From the IMG/VR virus record IMGVR_UViG_3300034069_000553, positions 1-58,183 of that record: a stretch of DNA of 58,183 nucleotides. One strand, given 5' to 3'. The notes under the pieces are model-generated. The model saw only the letters and a list, made by a program, of their open reading frames with translations. It was not told the DNA's origin and did not search any database. Of this stretch, positions 9,001 to 15,164 are shown piece after piece; position 1 is the stretch's first letter, and each line of letters starts with the position of its first letter. The DNA comes from a virus. The position numbers and the translations under genes are program-made.

Positions 9001-11717
9001 ATAGCATTCCGAACCCGGCCAGCGGCACCGGGCCAAACCCCGGCGTCGTGGATCGCCTGACCGCTGGCATCGGCCGCTTGATGGGCAACGGCACCGCAAT
9101 TAGCGAACGCGTGGATGCTTGGCGCACCGATCTTCAGGACAGGATGCTGCCCCTCCTGCGCACGCAACAGCGTGTCGAGCTGCAATCTGGCGTGCCGCTG
9201 CCCGAGACGATGAACCCATATCTTGCCGAAGAGCTGATGAGCGGCAAGGTCGGCGCGCGGCTGGAGCGCTTGCACGAAGAATTGGTGCGTCCCATGTTCG
9301 ACGCCATCAAGGCCGAAGGGCTGACCGTCGAAGAGGTAGAATCCTACCTGTACGCGCGCCACGCGCCCGAGCGAAACGAGCGCATCTCCGAGATCAACCC
9401 TGCGTTCGAGCCTGGTTCCGGCTCGGGCATGACAGATGCCGAGGCGCAGGCGATCATGGATGCGGTGGACGCCGAGGGCAAGCGCGCCCAGCTGGACCGC
9501 GTAGCGCGCCATGTCGATGACCTGCTGAAGTTCGCGGTGGAAACCCGCTTGGACTCGGGGCTTATGTCGCAGACCGAGGCAGATGCGTGGGCACTGACCT
9601 ACCAGCACTACGTCCCGCTGCGCGGCAAGGCAGAATTGGACCCGGAAACCGAAGCAGGAGCTGAGCGGCCGCGTCGTGGAAGCGGGATCAACATCCGCGG
9701 CAAGGAATCTCGCACCGCCTTCGGGCGTGCCAGCAAGGCGTCCGATATCCTCGCCTACTCCTTGCTCCAAGCAGAGGAGGCGATCATTCGCGCCGGCACG
9801 AACGACGTGGGGCGCGCCTTCTACGAGATGGCGAAGGCCAATCCCGACGAGGATTTCTGGAAGATCAACAAGGTCACCAGCAAGCCGGTGATCGACAAGA
9901 ACACCGGGATGGTCACCTATGCGATGAACCGGCGCATGGCGGCCGAGGACGAGCCGTACACGGTCAGCCTGAAGATCGACGGCAAGGAACGCCGTGTCAC
10001 CATGAGCAAGACGAACCCGGCCGCAGTGCGGCTGGCGGAGGCTATGCGCAATATGAACGCGACGCACATCGACGGTTTCACGCTGATGCTGTCGAAGCTC
10101 AACCGCTGGCTGTCGGCAACGAACACCACGTTCAATCCCGAGTTCGTCATCACCAACGCCTTTCGTGATATCCAAACGGCGGTGGGAAATCTTCAGGGTT
10201 TCGACGTGCGTGGCCTCACGCGCGGCACGCTGAAGGATTATCGCAAGGCCATGGCTGCATCGGTCAAGGGGTCGTTCGGCAAGGGCTCGGGCGAGTGGGG
10301 CCGGTGGTACGATGAGTTCGTCAGTGAGGGCGGACGGGTGTTCTTCAACAACGTCGAAGACTTGGCCGCCATCCGTCGCCGGATCGAACGCGACTTCCGC
10401 GAAACGACCAATGCAGGCGCGGCGCTTAAGGCGGTGTTGACGCTTGGGCGCTACGTCGATCAGCTCAACACCGGCGTCGAGAATGCTATCCGCCTATCGG
10501 CGTTCAAAAACGCCCGCGAGCGCGGCATGTCGCCGGCCAAGGCGGCCAGCCTTGCCAAGAACCTGACCGTCAACTTCAACCGGCGCGGCAACAAGGCCAC
10601 GCTGATGAACGCGCTGTACCTGTTCTACAACGCCAGCGTGCAGGGCACGGCGCGGCTCTTCCAAGCGCTGGGATCGAAGGGTGGGCGCCGCGTGGCCTAT
10701 GCTGCGGTCGCCCTGGGCGCGTTGCTCGAACTGCTGAACGCCATGCTGTCCGACGACGATGATGACGGCGAGAGCTTCTACGAGAAGATCAGCGACTTCG
10801 AGAAAGAGCGCAACCTGATCCTGATGGTGCCAGGCGGGCGCGGCGAATACATCAAGCTTCCCCTGCCCTACGGCTACAACGTGTTCTATGCGATCGGCCG
10901 CGCGCCGGTGGAGATCGCGCGCACCGGCAAATTCGGCAAGGGCGCGGCCTCGCTGGTGAGCACGATGTTCGATGCGTTCAATCCGGTTGGTGGCACCAAC
11001 TCGCTGCTGAACATGATCTCGCCCACGATCGCCGATCCGCTCGTGGACCTGACACGCAACCGCGATTTCGCCGATCGCCCGATCATGCCCGACGAAAAGG
11101 CATTCGGTCCCAAGACGCCCGACAACCAGCGCTATTGGGGATCGGTCAGCCCGGCATGGCGCATAGTCGCCAGTGGATTGAACAGCGCGAGCGGCGGGGA
11201 TTCCGTCACGCCCGGAGCAATCGACGTGTCGCCCGAGACAATGGAGTACCTGTTCGGTGTGGCGACGGGCGCCGCCGGCAGCTTCTATTCGTCCAAGGTG
11301 ATCGGCACGCCTATGAAGATCATCGGCGGCGATCCAGTCGAAGTTGACGACTTTATGTTGGCCCGCAAGCTCGTTGGCAAAAAGCCGGCTTGGTACGACA
11401 AGGGCGCCTATTTTGATCGGGTCGCCGAGGTGGAGCAAGCCGCCGACTATGCCAAAAAGTATGGTCAGGGCGACGGCGACAAGCAGGCGGACTTCGAGGC
11501 CGCCAACGAGCGCGTGCTGTCGCTGGTGCAGCCGGCCAAGCAGGCGCGCAAGCAGATGACTGCCATCAAGAAGGATCGCCGAGAGATGGATGCCAGGCAC
11601 GAACGCGGCGAGATGACGCGCGCCGAATATCGTGACGAGCGCGCAGAGATAGATGCGCGAGAAAAGGATGTGGTCACCGACTTCAACAGCCAATGGAATG
11701 CGACGCTGAAGGACTAG
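1..11717 (+). CDS. 3' 11.7 kb of the giant multidomain 'polyvalent' virion/ejection protein (whole ORF 13,230 nt, 4,409 codons across the junction)
   Basis: Same frame as 56643..58183 after removing the 28-nt overlap (58,155 is divisible by 3). Many catalytic motifs lie in this frame. Caveat: frame anomaly at 2404-2679. Confidence 0.85.
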   Translation, partial: QPAAGGGAAADFAARTAQVESGGNAAARNSQSSAAGAHQFVSKTWLGLMRKHRAKQTAGMSDEQVLALRDNPIVSAQMAGIYAQENARALTKRGHKADNGTLYLSHFLGSGGANAVLDANPNTPVEQILEPGQIAANKSVLAGKTAGQVIAWAYGKMNTQPGAAPSSRPVPEDASEIETPERKDRETVSEFMSRVLGDENEDGTGLEQADDSGDDAGSGAAPSVTPESAASSVAPAPSPPAAPAPRAPTGDLYEQARALVTEAGKGSPSYIGRKLGIPQSEATALLDRMANNGVVQPRDGAGSYPLVSSAAAAPAQAETGKRITGLRSFVHGSPREDLTLADITTDPRDTKQGSGKKSKFGGFYVSDTKDIAHAEGYAGMGQGGKGAVYDVNLKPDAVVEEIGGDITRFSADRIAGFRARGVDVVRGRDPRGRTETVVINKEAIESLARRAGDPVATAAPKAPVQDRSVAIVMDPTAGTTTTVPVGVQERDQLAAPTGNLRERAERVGLTRTPVESTDAFVGRVEAAEATAQATATVEDMPSGKSIIIKGATDAQLAAVKAAIPKAQPLTPKSGGVVYSKKYEAEVRAALASDIDPPKAEKPVEQRRADMRVSDELPGGMKVEDAARVARERDKAPRQVAEAEPEEQKPETVTEPVTPPSADDKPESPKDGKAKGYGAGNKFFSADAAERARATLREKMRNLNSGFDPETAAAGLTLMGFHIEAGARSFIAAAKAVSADLGVSPSQLKGSLRSWYSSAQAWFEDNSVSTDGMDDAMTVRALLGSIQDWGSSVTTDGAQETDDGLQGTVSGSDARSGARDVQSAEPNGSAGQVRAGSERGSARAVREADERRGADAERSGDRPASPAERGGTGASRDAGLPEPANGRPATSRVAVTNYVIEPGALAESRGPKAKARDNIAAIETAKRLAAEGRPAIGEEQAVLARYVGWGGLKNVFPDGQGTFGKGFEDIGRQLKELLTAEEYDTARRSIQYAHYTSEDIVRAMWSGAQALGFKGGTVFEPGMGTGNFVGMMPRELGAATRYSGIEMDGITASIARALYPQSGVQLADYTRYDAPRDAFDLVIGNPPFSETVVKADAAYKAQGFVLHDYFFAKSLDSVKPGGLLMFVTSAGTMNKLNTKAREYLADRADLVGAIRLPGDAFEENAGTSVTTDIVVLRKRAAGEARGDASWTETTAMDLRNRDGGTSTGNVSRYFADNPEQVLGEQGMFDTLVAGERYAVRRDRGDNQPFAEKLAAAMDRITTRTIADTAPTAQAPADLDFSSDEKKSGTFYLGADGTLFQQQGSVGRPVAGRAKGEKGGIAAGDQEKIKQLVPIRDSLRAIYRADLSQNTKAADEARAELNAAYDAFVKKHGPINKGVFTRRKPSRVQIESARRKAREEARARGFEWSDGTFDAERMFDEGATVAQVAASREAAREEYARRGDAWSDGTFDPTDVPDTIIEKRPNIDAFMDDPESYRLRSIEHYNDATGEAAKGPVFTQNVVSRKAAPTIKNAVDALYHSLNLTGRVDIDMIARAAGISPSDAIDQLAGQIFQTPEGGWEPAAKYLSGNVRQKLLAAEQAADRDPAFRGNVDALRAAIPRDLGKTDVRATLGMNWIDASYVQKFGTEALGLANMAVAYQPVLATWIVTGDSYSAASRSTWGTDRRSAVELVDDALNGKSPKIYDTFRNADGGTSSVLNQEATQAATDKLLAIKEKFREWIWSDDARATKLLRRYNDSFNNLVAPEYDGSYLTTPGIYAGWSWRPHQTAVIARIIQEGNTYMAHAVGAGKTSAMIGAGMEMKRLGLVNKPMYVVPNHMLAQFTKEFYEQYPTARIMVADDDRNFVTDRRKQFISDMALADLDAVIIKHSAFGLLPLSHEFQEKMLSEHLNELRDTLAAIKADKGGDNRITRRRVEQQIEQAEQRYLAATDSKRKDQTFTFEETGVDFLFVDEAHLFRKLDFATGRGDVKGIDPQGSMRSMDLFLKTRLLEQRRPGRSHVLASGTAITNTMAELYSISRYLQPETLAERGIDRFDAWASGFGDTITDLEPTAGGTYKPVTRFSQFVNVPELSAMVRQIMDVVTPEQLEQYVVRPAVRNHMVVVPESSGQAAYRAELQARMTAIENRKGKPNKGDDIMLSVINDGRNAAIDMRLVDPSHEEEHTKLMEAIENVHRVWGETKRHPFYEIEKGADGARGRYRDEPAFYAPAAQMVFASRGVGADRKFNVHRFIKDELVKRGVPADQIVIFNALKNDVAKQRVFNDMKEGKVRILLGSVDKMGTGVNAQRLLVANHNMDPEWLPSSDEQRNGRIIRQGNMNKSVDIYNYSTKGTYDSAMWGMMGRKAKFIEGFFRGDPTLRDMEDLGEASKYEQAKALTTRDPRILVLTEAKQELEKELRRQSAYESEIATARAEAANSELWANRLEQSIAHEKADVAQGQDISGDAFRAKVGDEEFTERALFQKALDTAMEPAEREGVEVVGEIGGFELARSTFPVTDFEEGRKRVTMKSELVLLLNGDSQAGERRYKKIAKTSAAASAADFIRKLDSVVADTQQRIDQQRQRAAEFAERGATTAAYKGEARIAELEQQVASIEKELRDETAAAEASKQGAAQQKSEEGDKPKYSLMSTDEPAYRSGDGNPGDYDAGNLAADRANLVDRLKALGISDKVTLRVVELIQNEPRYAGQYWRRVITIATQSMAEDTAFTLDHEAVHAMKELGLFRDAEWTALKKDALADTAMMDNIRRRYANMGLSEEDLIEEAVADRFARWRQGREESGFARAAFQRIMDLLSALRRLFSKGPTGGGTFRAMESGKIGSRSDLDNNAGPRFAVTDSQQSADFKAWFGDSKVTDANGNPLVVYHGTNADVAIFGNVGGNFPGQSQGFYFSDSPRRAGMYADRDNAMERWNPASRYAKPVVSGANITPVYLSIQNPRAIVGEWASAEAFADANGGEVVRKAREDGHDGVIVTNTAYDDPMHVYVAFNPAQVKSAIGNSGTFDSRNPDIRYSIPNPASGTGPNPGVVDRLTAGIGRLMGNGTAISERVDAWRTDLQDRMLPLLRTQQRVELQSGVPLPETMNPYLAEELMSGKVGARLERLHEELVRPMFDAIKAEGLTVEEVESYLYARHAPERNERISEINPAFEPGSGSGMTDAEAQAIMDAVDAEGKRAQLDRVARHVDDLLKFAVETRLDSGLMSQTEADAWALTYQHYVPLRGKAELDPETEAGAERPRRGSGINIRGKESRTAFGRASKASDILAYSLLQAEEAIIRAGTNDVGRAFYEMAKANPDEDFWKINKVTSKPVIDKNTGMVTYAMNRRMAAEDEPYTVSLKIDGKERRVTMSKTNPAAVRLAEAMRNMNATHIDGFTLMLSKLNRWLSATNTTFNPEFVITNAFRDIQTAVGNLQGFDVRGLTRGTLKDYRKAMAASVKGSFGKGSGEWGRWYDEFVSEGGRVFFNNVEDLAAIRRRIERDFRETTNAGAALKAVLTLGRYVDQLNTGVENAIRLSAFKNARERGMSPAKAASLAKNLTVNFNRRGNKATLMNALYLFYNASVQGTARLFQALGSKGGRRVAYAAVALGALLELLNAMLSDDDDDGESFYEKISDFEKERNLILMVPGGRGEYIKLPLPYGYNVFYAIGRAPVEIARTGKFGKGAASLVSTMFDAFNPVGGTNSLLNMISPTIADPLVDLTRNRDFADRPIMPDEKAFGPKTPDNQRYWGSVSPAWRIVASGLNSASGGDSVTPGAIDVSPETMEYLFGVATGAAGSFYSSKVIGTPMKIIGGDPVEVDDFMLARKLVGKKPAWYDKGAYFDRVAEVEQAADYAKKYGQGDGDKQADFEAANERVLSLVQPAKQARKQMTAIKKDRREMDARHERGEMTRAEYRDERAEIDAREKDVVTDFNSQWNATLKD
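29..470 (+). other. lytic transglycosylase (SLT-like) domain of the giant ORF
   Basis: AQVESGGNAAARNSQSSAAGAHQFVSKTW and YLSHFLGSGGA: family-1 LT pattern with Glu-Ser catalytic dyad. Confidence 0.75.
753..923 (+). other. FtsK-gamma-like winged-helix domain
   Basis: KGSPSYIGRKLGIPQSEATALLDRMANNGVVQPRDGAGSYPLV resembles the FtsK gamma wHTH pattern. Confidence 0.5.
975..1345 (+). other. PARP-like (H-Y-E type) ADP-ribosyltransferase-like domain, copy 1
   Basis: FVHGS ... FGGFYVSDTKDIAHAEGYA ... VYDVNL ... TETVVINKEAI; same motif order as copy 2. Confidence 0.5.
2404..2679 (+). CDS. 91-aa ORF in frame +1 embedded in the giant ORF (possible separate cistron or overprinted gene)
   Basis: AGGAG (2395-2399) lies 4 nt before ATGATG. 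By hand count 74/91 codons end in G/C, versus about 37/93 for the overlapping frame 0. The peptide composition is normal (MMDFKGPYLEAMRDQAPAMFNRLNRTGALDKF...). The TAG stop is followed 2 nt later by a frame-0 GTG. Confidence 0.65.
   Translation: MMDFKGPYLEAMRDQAPAMFNRLNRTGALDKFVQDRSVEAHELYEKLTKGEARTQSGVVIDPQARQNAEEQVRAVMLDFPSPLTDGQQPAG
2682..3560 (+). other. N6-adenine DNA methyltransferase domain
   Basis: Motif I FEPGMGTGNF (3054-3083) and motif IV NPPF (3252-3263). Upstream ARYVGWGGL segment as recalled from DarB-type methylase-helicases. Confidence 0.85.
5270..7050 (+). other. SNF2/DEAD-like superfamily-2 helicase domain
   Basis: Walker A GAGKTS (5355-5372), DEAH (5847-5858), SGTAITN, GTGVNAQ, QRNGRIIRQG (about 6906-6935). 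Confidence 0.9.
7980..8300 (+). other. zincin-like metallopeptidase domain
   Basis: HEAVH at 8109-8123 in the context FTLDHEAVHAMKELG. Confidence 0.6.
8545..8960 (+). other. PARP-like ADP-ribosyltransferase-like domain, copy 2 (ART-PolyVal-like)
   Basis: VVYHGT (YHGT 8562-8573), GFYFSDSPRRAGMYA, VYLSIQNP, HDGVIV, VAFNPAQVKSAIGN, then DIRYS. Codons are conspicuously A/T-ending. Confidence 0.6.
9100..11150 (+). other. PLxRFG-like C-terminal region of polyvalent proteins
   Basis: HYVPLRGK (PLRG 9615-9626), long conserved-looking region, acidic run DDDDDGE and hydrophobic segments near 10680-10780. Confidence 0.5.
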
Positions 11718-12085
11718 ACCTCTCGCAGCTCAATGTCTGGGAACAGGTGGCGGAAGAGCTGGCGGCGCAGGACATAATCTCCTGTCTTGGTCGCCTCGCT
11801 CTTCACGTCCTCCACCACCCTCTGTCCAGCCTCGACATACCCGAAGTCGGGCTTGTACCCGGCGCGCCGGCCATTTTCGTGCATGAGTTGGCGGCCATCG
11901 GGCTTGAACCAATATTGCGGCTCGACCACCAAGTCGCAGATGACGCCGCCCCGCTGCAACAGGTACAACTCGTTGCAGCGATTGGCTTCCTTGCGGCTGG
12001 GGTGACTGTGACCGGCATTGCAAGCGGCGCTCTTGGCGGCATACTTGTGCCGCTTCTTGGGCAGCTTGACCGGGATGCTGGTCAC
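11714..12085 (-). CDS. DUF1064-like (PD-(D/E)XK-type) nuclease family protein
   Basis: KKRHKYAAKS..SRKEANRCNELYLLQRGGVICDL..YKPDFGYVE..VEDVKS. GTG start overlaps the upstream stop (GTGA). Its stop shares a CTAG with the stop of the giant ORF. Confidence 0.6.
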   Translation of the reverse strand: MTSIPVKLPKKRHKYAAKSAACNAGHSHPSRKEANRCNELYLLQRGGVICDLVVEPQYWFKPDGRQLMHENGRRAGYKPDFGYVEAGQRVVEDVKSEATKTGDYVLRRQLFRHLFPDIELREV

Positions 12086-12426
12086 AGAAGATTGCCGATC
12101 GCCGCAGCGGCGCGCTTGCGCTTCTTGATGCCGGCCGCGCGCATCGGCGCGTCGTATCGGTTGTGGCATCTCTGGCAAGCATGGAACATGCGCTCGATGC
12201 TCGTCTCTTCAAGCGGGACGCCATGCTCGTGCGCCAGCGTCAGCACCACCTTGCTGCCGGTGTCTGGGTGCGGCTCGCCATTCAGCGCTGTGCATCGGCC
12301 GCCCTCGTGCCTCTGCCCGCACTTGCCGTCACACTCGCAACGGTTTCCGCTTCTTTCACGCGCCAGTGTGACCATCGCCTTCCACGATTTTGGATAGCGC
12401 GCGCGGTTCTCAGGACGGATTGGCAT
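12082..12426 (-). CDS. HNH endonuclease
   Basis: SGNRCECDGKCGQRHEGGRC..VVLTLAHEHG..ACQRCHNRYD; the internal ATG (MPIRPENR) was chosen over the long track ORF. Confidence 0.75.
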   Translation of the reverse strand: MPIRPENRARYPKSWKAMVTLARERSGNRCECDGKCGQRHEGGRCTALNGEPHPDTGSKVVLTLAHEHGVPLEETSIERMFHACQRCHNRYDAPMRAAGIKKRKRAAAAIGNLL

Positions 12427-12568
12427 CGCTGATCCTTTTCGCCCATGCGGGAACTGGCTTGCCTTCCAATCGGCAACGCTCGCGAACCGCAGCGGCGGCC
12501 TTCTCCTGCCCCGCGTCCAGCCGGCGCTGCTCAATGTCGAGCGCGCGATCATCGCACCAGTATGCCAT
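12410..12568 (-). CDS. hypothetical small protein (52 aa)
   Basis: ATG-initiated ORF bridging two nuclease genes and overlapping both neighbours; below the track cutoff. Confidence 0.3.
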   Translation of the reverse strand: MAYWCDDRALDIEQRRLDAGQEKAAAAVRERCRLEGKPVPAWAKRISDANPS

Positions 12569-12956
12569 CGCAGGATTCCTTCCATAGCCTGTCCGCCACT
12601 GCGAGCAGGTTTATTCCATATTTCAGCCAGAACCCGCCATGCCCCAGTCCCTCGACCGAAACCGGGTCCGCAGCTTTGGGGTCGTGCACCTTCTGGTGGT
12701 GAATCGGACACAGCGGCACGATGCGCTGGTGTGATCGAGCGATCCGTCCGCCGGTAATGCGCGCGGTGACGTGGTGGATCGTCGCCGTGCGGCCGCACAC
12801 GAGGCACGGCAGGGCCGCCATCCGATCCATGTGGCGCTTCTCGTCGGCGGTGGGGGCGGCGCCAGCCTTCGGCTTAACTCGCACCTGCTGGACGCGCTCT
12901 GGTGCTTTCCGGCGTGGCTTCTCGCGCTTGGCGGCCAAGGCAGTGCGGCGAATCAT
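12549..12956 (-). CDS. HNH-like nuclease (DUF968/Ref-like pattern)
   Basis: LPCLVCGRTATIHHV...VPLCPIHHQKVH; ATGA overlap with the upstream gene. Confidence 0.5.
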   Translation of the reverse strand: MIRRTALAAKREKPRRKAPERVQQVRVKPKAGAAPTADEKRHMDRMAALPCLVCGRTATIHHVTARITGGRIARSHQRIVPLCPIHHQKVHDPKAADPVSVEGLGHGGFWLKYGINLLAVADRLWKESCDGILVR

Positions 12957-13225
12957 TGTCGGGCCTCTTCCTGATTATAGGCGGCCAGCACCTCGAAGAA
13001 CTGCTCTGGCGTCAGGTCGCCCTTGGCTTGGTTGCAGGTCAGGCACGCGGCCACGAGATTGGTGTTGCCGCGCAGGCCACCCAGCGATTTTGGCGCGAGG
13101 TGTTCGAGCGTGGCCGATCGCGGCTCCTTCGTGCCTGGCGGCGTCATGCGGCGACGGCAATAGTAGCAGAGGCCGTTCTGATGCTGGATCAGGTTGTCTC
13201 GCAGGTTTTGCAAGATCGGGCTCAC
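12953..13225 (-). CDS. HNH endonuclease
   Basis: CYYCRRRM...TLEHLAPKSLGG...NLVAACLTCNQAKG. Confidence 0.8.
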   Translation of the reverse strand: MSPILQNLRDNLIQHQNGLCYYCRRRMTPPGTKEPRSATLEHLAPKSLGGLRGNTNLVAACLTCNQAKGDLTPEQFFEVLAAYNQEEARQ

Positions 13226-13365
13226 CGCCTACGTTCCATCCTGATCGGATTTCGCCGCTGCCAAGCGCGCAACTTCTCCATCTCGCTGCGCTCTTCGGCA
13301 GTCTGATAGCGAGGCGCTACCCGCAGCAGTTCGGCGATGCGCTTATCGACGCGCATCCGCTGCAT
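13222..13365 (-). CDS. hypothetical small protein (47 aa)
   Basis: ATG 13365; its stop overlaps the next GTG start (GTGA). Confidence 0.35.
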   Translation of the reverse strand: MQRMRVDKRIAELLRVAPRYQTAEERSEMEKLRAWQRRNPIRMERRR

Positions 13366-13385
13366 CTCCGTGCCAATGTCGAGCG

Positions 13386-14030
13386 TCACGCGAGCGGCAG
13401 CAGCAAAGCCGCCCCTGCCTTCCGCGCCGCCAGCTCGGCACGCGCACCTTCCGGGTCAGGGTCTTGCTCGCACATCGATTCAAGCGCCGGCAGTCCGGTG
13501 GCGATGCTGTGTTCGACTTCCGCGCGCATGGCCCGGCGGCCTTCCGCATACCATTCGAGTGCATGCGGCTGGCCGATATCAAACAGACTGCCGCCGCGCC
13601 CATCATCAAAGCGGCTGTAACGTAGCGTTTGCCAGACCAGCGTGACGCCGGGATTGCGTGTAATCATCATGCCGGCTACCTGCGTGCCGTGCGGCATATC
13701 ATCGCCGTTCACCCGCTTCATCCGCGGCTTGGTCAGGAACGGGCAATGCAGCGCGGAGAAGCGCGCGCATTCCAAATGCGACGGTGGCTCTGAGCTGGTG
13801 CGGTTGATCGCGCACATCGGGCCGATGACGAACGCCTTGATGCGGCCAAGCGCGCCGCCGCACACCCAGCACAACCCCTTGCGGTGCGCCAGCATGATCT
13901 TGCGCCCTTCCGCAATCGGAAAATCGGGCTTGCCGTCGATCCATGCGACGAACCACGGCACCGGGAACCCGCGGTGATCCACGGGCAGACTCCGCATCCG
14001 CGAAGGCAGGTCTGGAAAACGGTTGCTCAT
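13386..14030 (-). CDS. conserved-looking Cys/His-rich phage protein, function unknown
   Basis: FPVPWFVAWIDGKPDF...LCWVCGG...EPPSHLECARFSALHCPF; start ATG 14030 in an ATGA overlap with the upstream gene. Confidence 0.7.
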   Translation of the reverse strand: MSNRFPDLPSRMRSLPVDHRGFPVPWFVAWIDGKPDFPIAEGRKIMLAHRKGLCWVCGGALGRIKAFVIGPMCAINRTSSEPPSHLECARFSALHCPFLTKPRMKRVNGDDMPHGTQVAGMMITRNPGVTLVWQTLRYSRFDDGRGGSLFDIGQPHALEWYAEGRRAMRAEVEHSIATGLPALESMCEQDPDPEGARAELAARKAGAALLLPLA

Positions 14031-14443
14031 AGCCGTGCAATCTCCTCTACTGCTGAAAACCAATCTTCGCGCGTGGACCCGTCCACGATCTTGAGCGCGA
14101 CGCCGATCATGGCCGAATACAGTTCCCTGAAAGCGAACTCGTCCATGTTGCTGAACGCCCAGCTTTTCGGTGCCAAGGCGACCTCCCCCGTGATGGGGTT
14201 GATGATCTCTTCGACGTACCCGGCGCCGATCGTCATCGCCTTGCGCAGCGCTTCCTTGCTGACATATTCGGTATGCGGGAACACCACGTCGAGCAGTATG
14301 AACGCCTTGCGGTGCAGCTTGCCGTTGCGCGGCTTCACCACCTCCGCGCGGAGCGTCTCCCCGATCTTCCAAGATGCGGGGAGGCTTTCGTGGTCAAGCG
14401 CGACGAACCCGGCGGGGGTGCGACGGACCCATATCGTCGCCAC
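14027..14443 (-). CDS. DUF1367-like phage protein
   Basis: KPRNGKLHRKAFILLDVVF...SNMDEFAFRELY; GTG start 1 nt after the ERF stop. Confidence 0.45.
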   Translation of the reverse strand: MATIWVRRTPAGFVALDHESLPASWKIGETLRAEVVKPRNGKLHRKAFILLDVVFPHTEYVSKEALRKAMTIGAGYVEEIINPITGEVALAPKSWAFSNMDEFAFRELYSAMIGVALKIVDGSTREDWFSAVEEIARL

Positions 14444-14444
14444 G

Positions 14445-15164
14445 TCAGAAGCCCGCGTTCGGGTTGACTGCGGTGCGGCGCTTGGTGAATGCCTCCATGA
14501 TGTGCTTGTGGATAAAGGCATCCACCTTCTTCACGCTGTTGATGAGGCGCTTGTTGTCGTCGCGCAGCAGGTCGATGGCATCGTCATCCTTGGCCTTTTC
14601 GACCTGCGCGATCAGGGTGCGTGCCCAATCGCCCCATCCGCCTTCAGGTTCCTCCACCCCTGTCACTGCCGGCCGATGATCGTCCTCCGATGGCCGGCGG
14701 TTGGAATAGAAAGACACCGAGCGATCCTCACCTTCGACGGTCGAGCCGGAATCGTCATCTTCTTCCGTCACGATCGCAAACGCAGCCGACAAGCTGTAGC
14801 GCTTGAAGTAGCTGATGATCGCGCCGATTTCCTGCGGCGTGCCGCTAACGTTCGGCATGGGCACGCCTGCGTCGAGCCATTGCCCGGAACTGTGCAGGAT
14901 GCGGGTAACCATCTGGCCGCCGGCCACGAACTGCACGAACCACAAGCCGTGCTCCGTCAGGATCGGCCGAAGGTGAGCAACGATGCTGTCGAGGGTCGCG
15001 TACTTGAACTTGTAGGAGGGAGGCTGGTAGCTTTCCCCGTTCTGCTTCTGCTTCTGCTTCGGCTTGACCGTCACCTCGCGGTTGCGCTCGACGCCGGTGA
15101 TCTCCGCCTGCGCGGCGGCCAAAGCACCGACCAACTGGTCGATGCTCCCACTGATCGCGTTCAC
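14445..15164 (-). CDS. erf: ERF-family single-strand annealing protein
   Basis: YKFKYATLDSIVAHLRPILTEHGLWFVQ...TRILHSSGQW...GAIISYFKRYSL. Confidence 0.75.
   Translation of the reverse strand: MNAISGSIDQLVGALAAAQAEITGVERNREVTVKPKQKQKQNGESYQPPSYKFKYATLDSIVAHLRPILTEHGLWFVQFVAGGQMVTRILHSSGQWLDAGVPMPNVSGTPQEIGAIISYFKRYSLSAAFAIVTEEDDDSGSTVEGEDRSVSFYSNRRPSEDDHRPAVTGVEEPEGGWGDWARTLIAQVEKAKDDDAIDLLRDDNKRLINSVKKVDAFIHKHIMEAFTKRRTAVNPNAGF

Noticed and set aside
1-11717. N4-type virion RNA polymerase within the giant ORF
   Set aside because: The capsid gene reminded me of the N4 gp56 family, so I looked for T7-like single-subunit RNAP motifs. I recognised none. The identifiable domains are SLT, ART, MTase, helicase and zincin instead.
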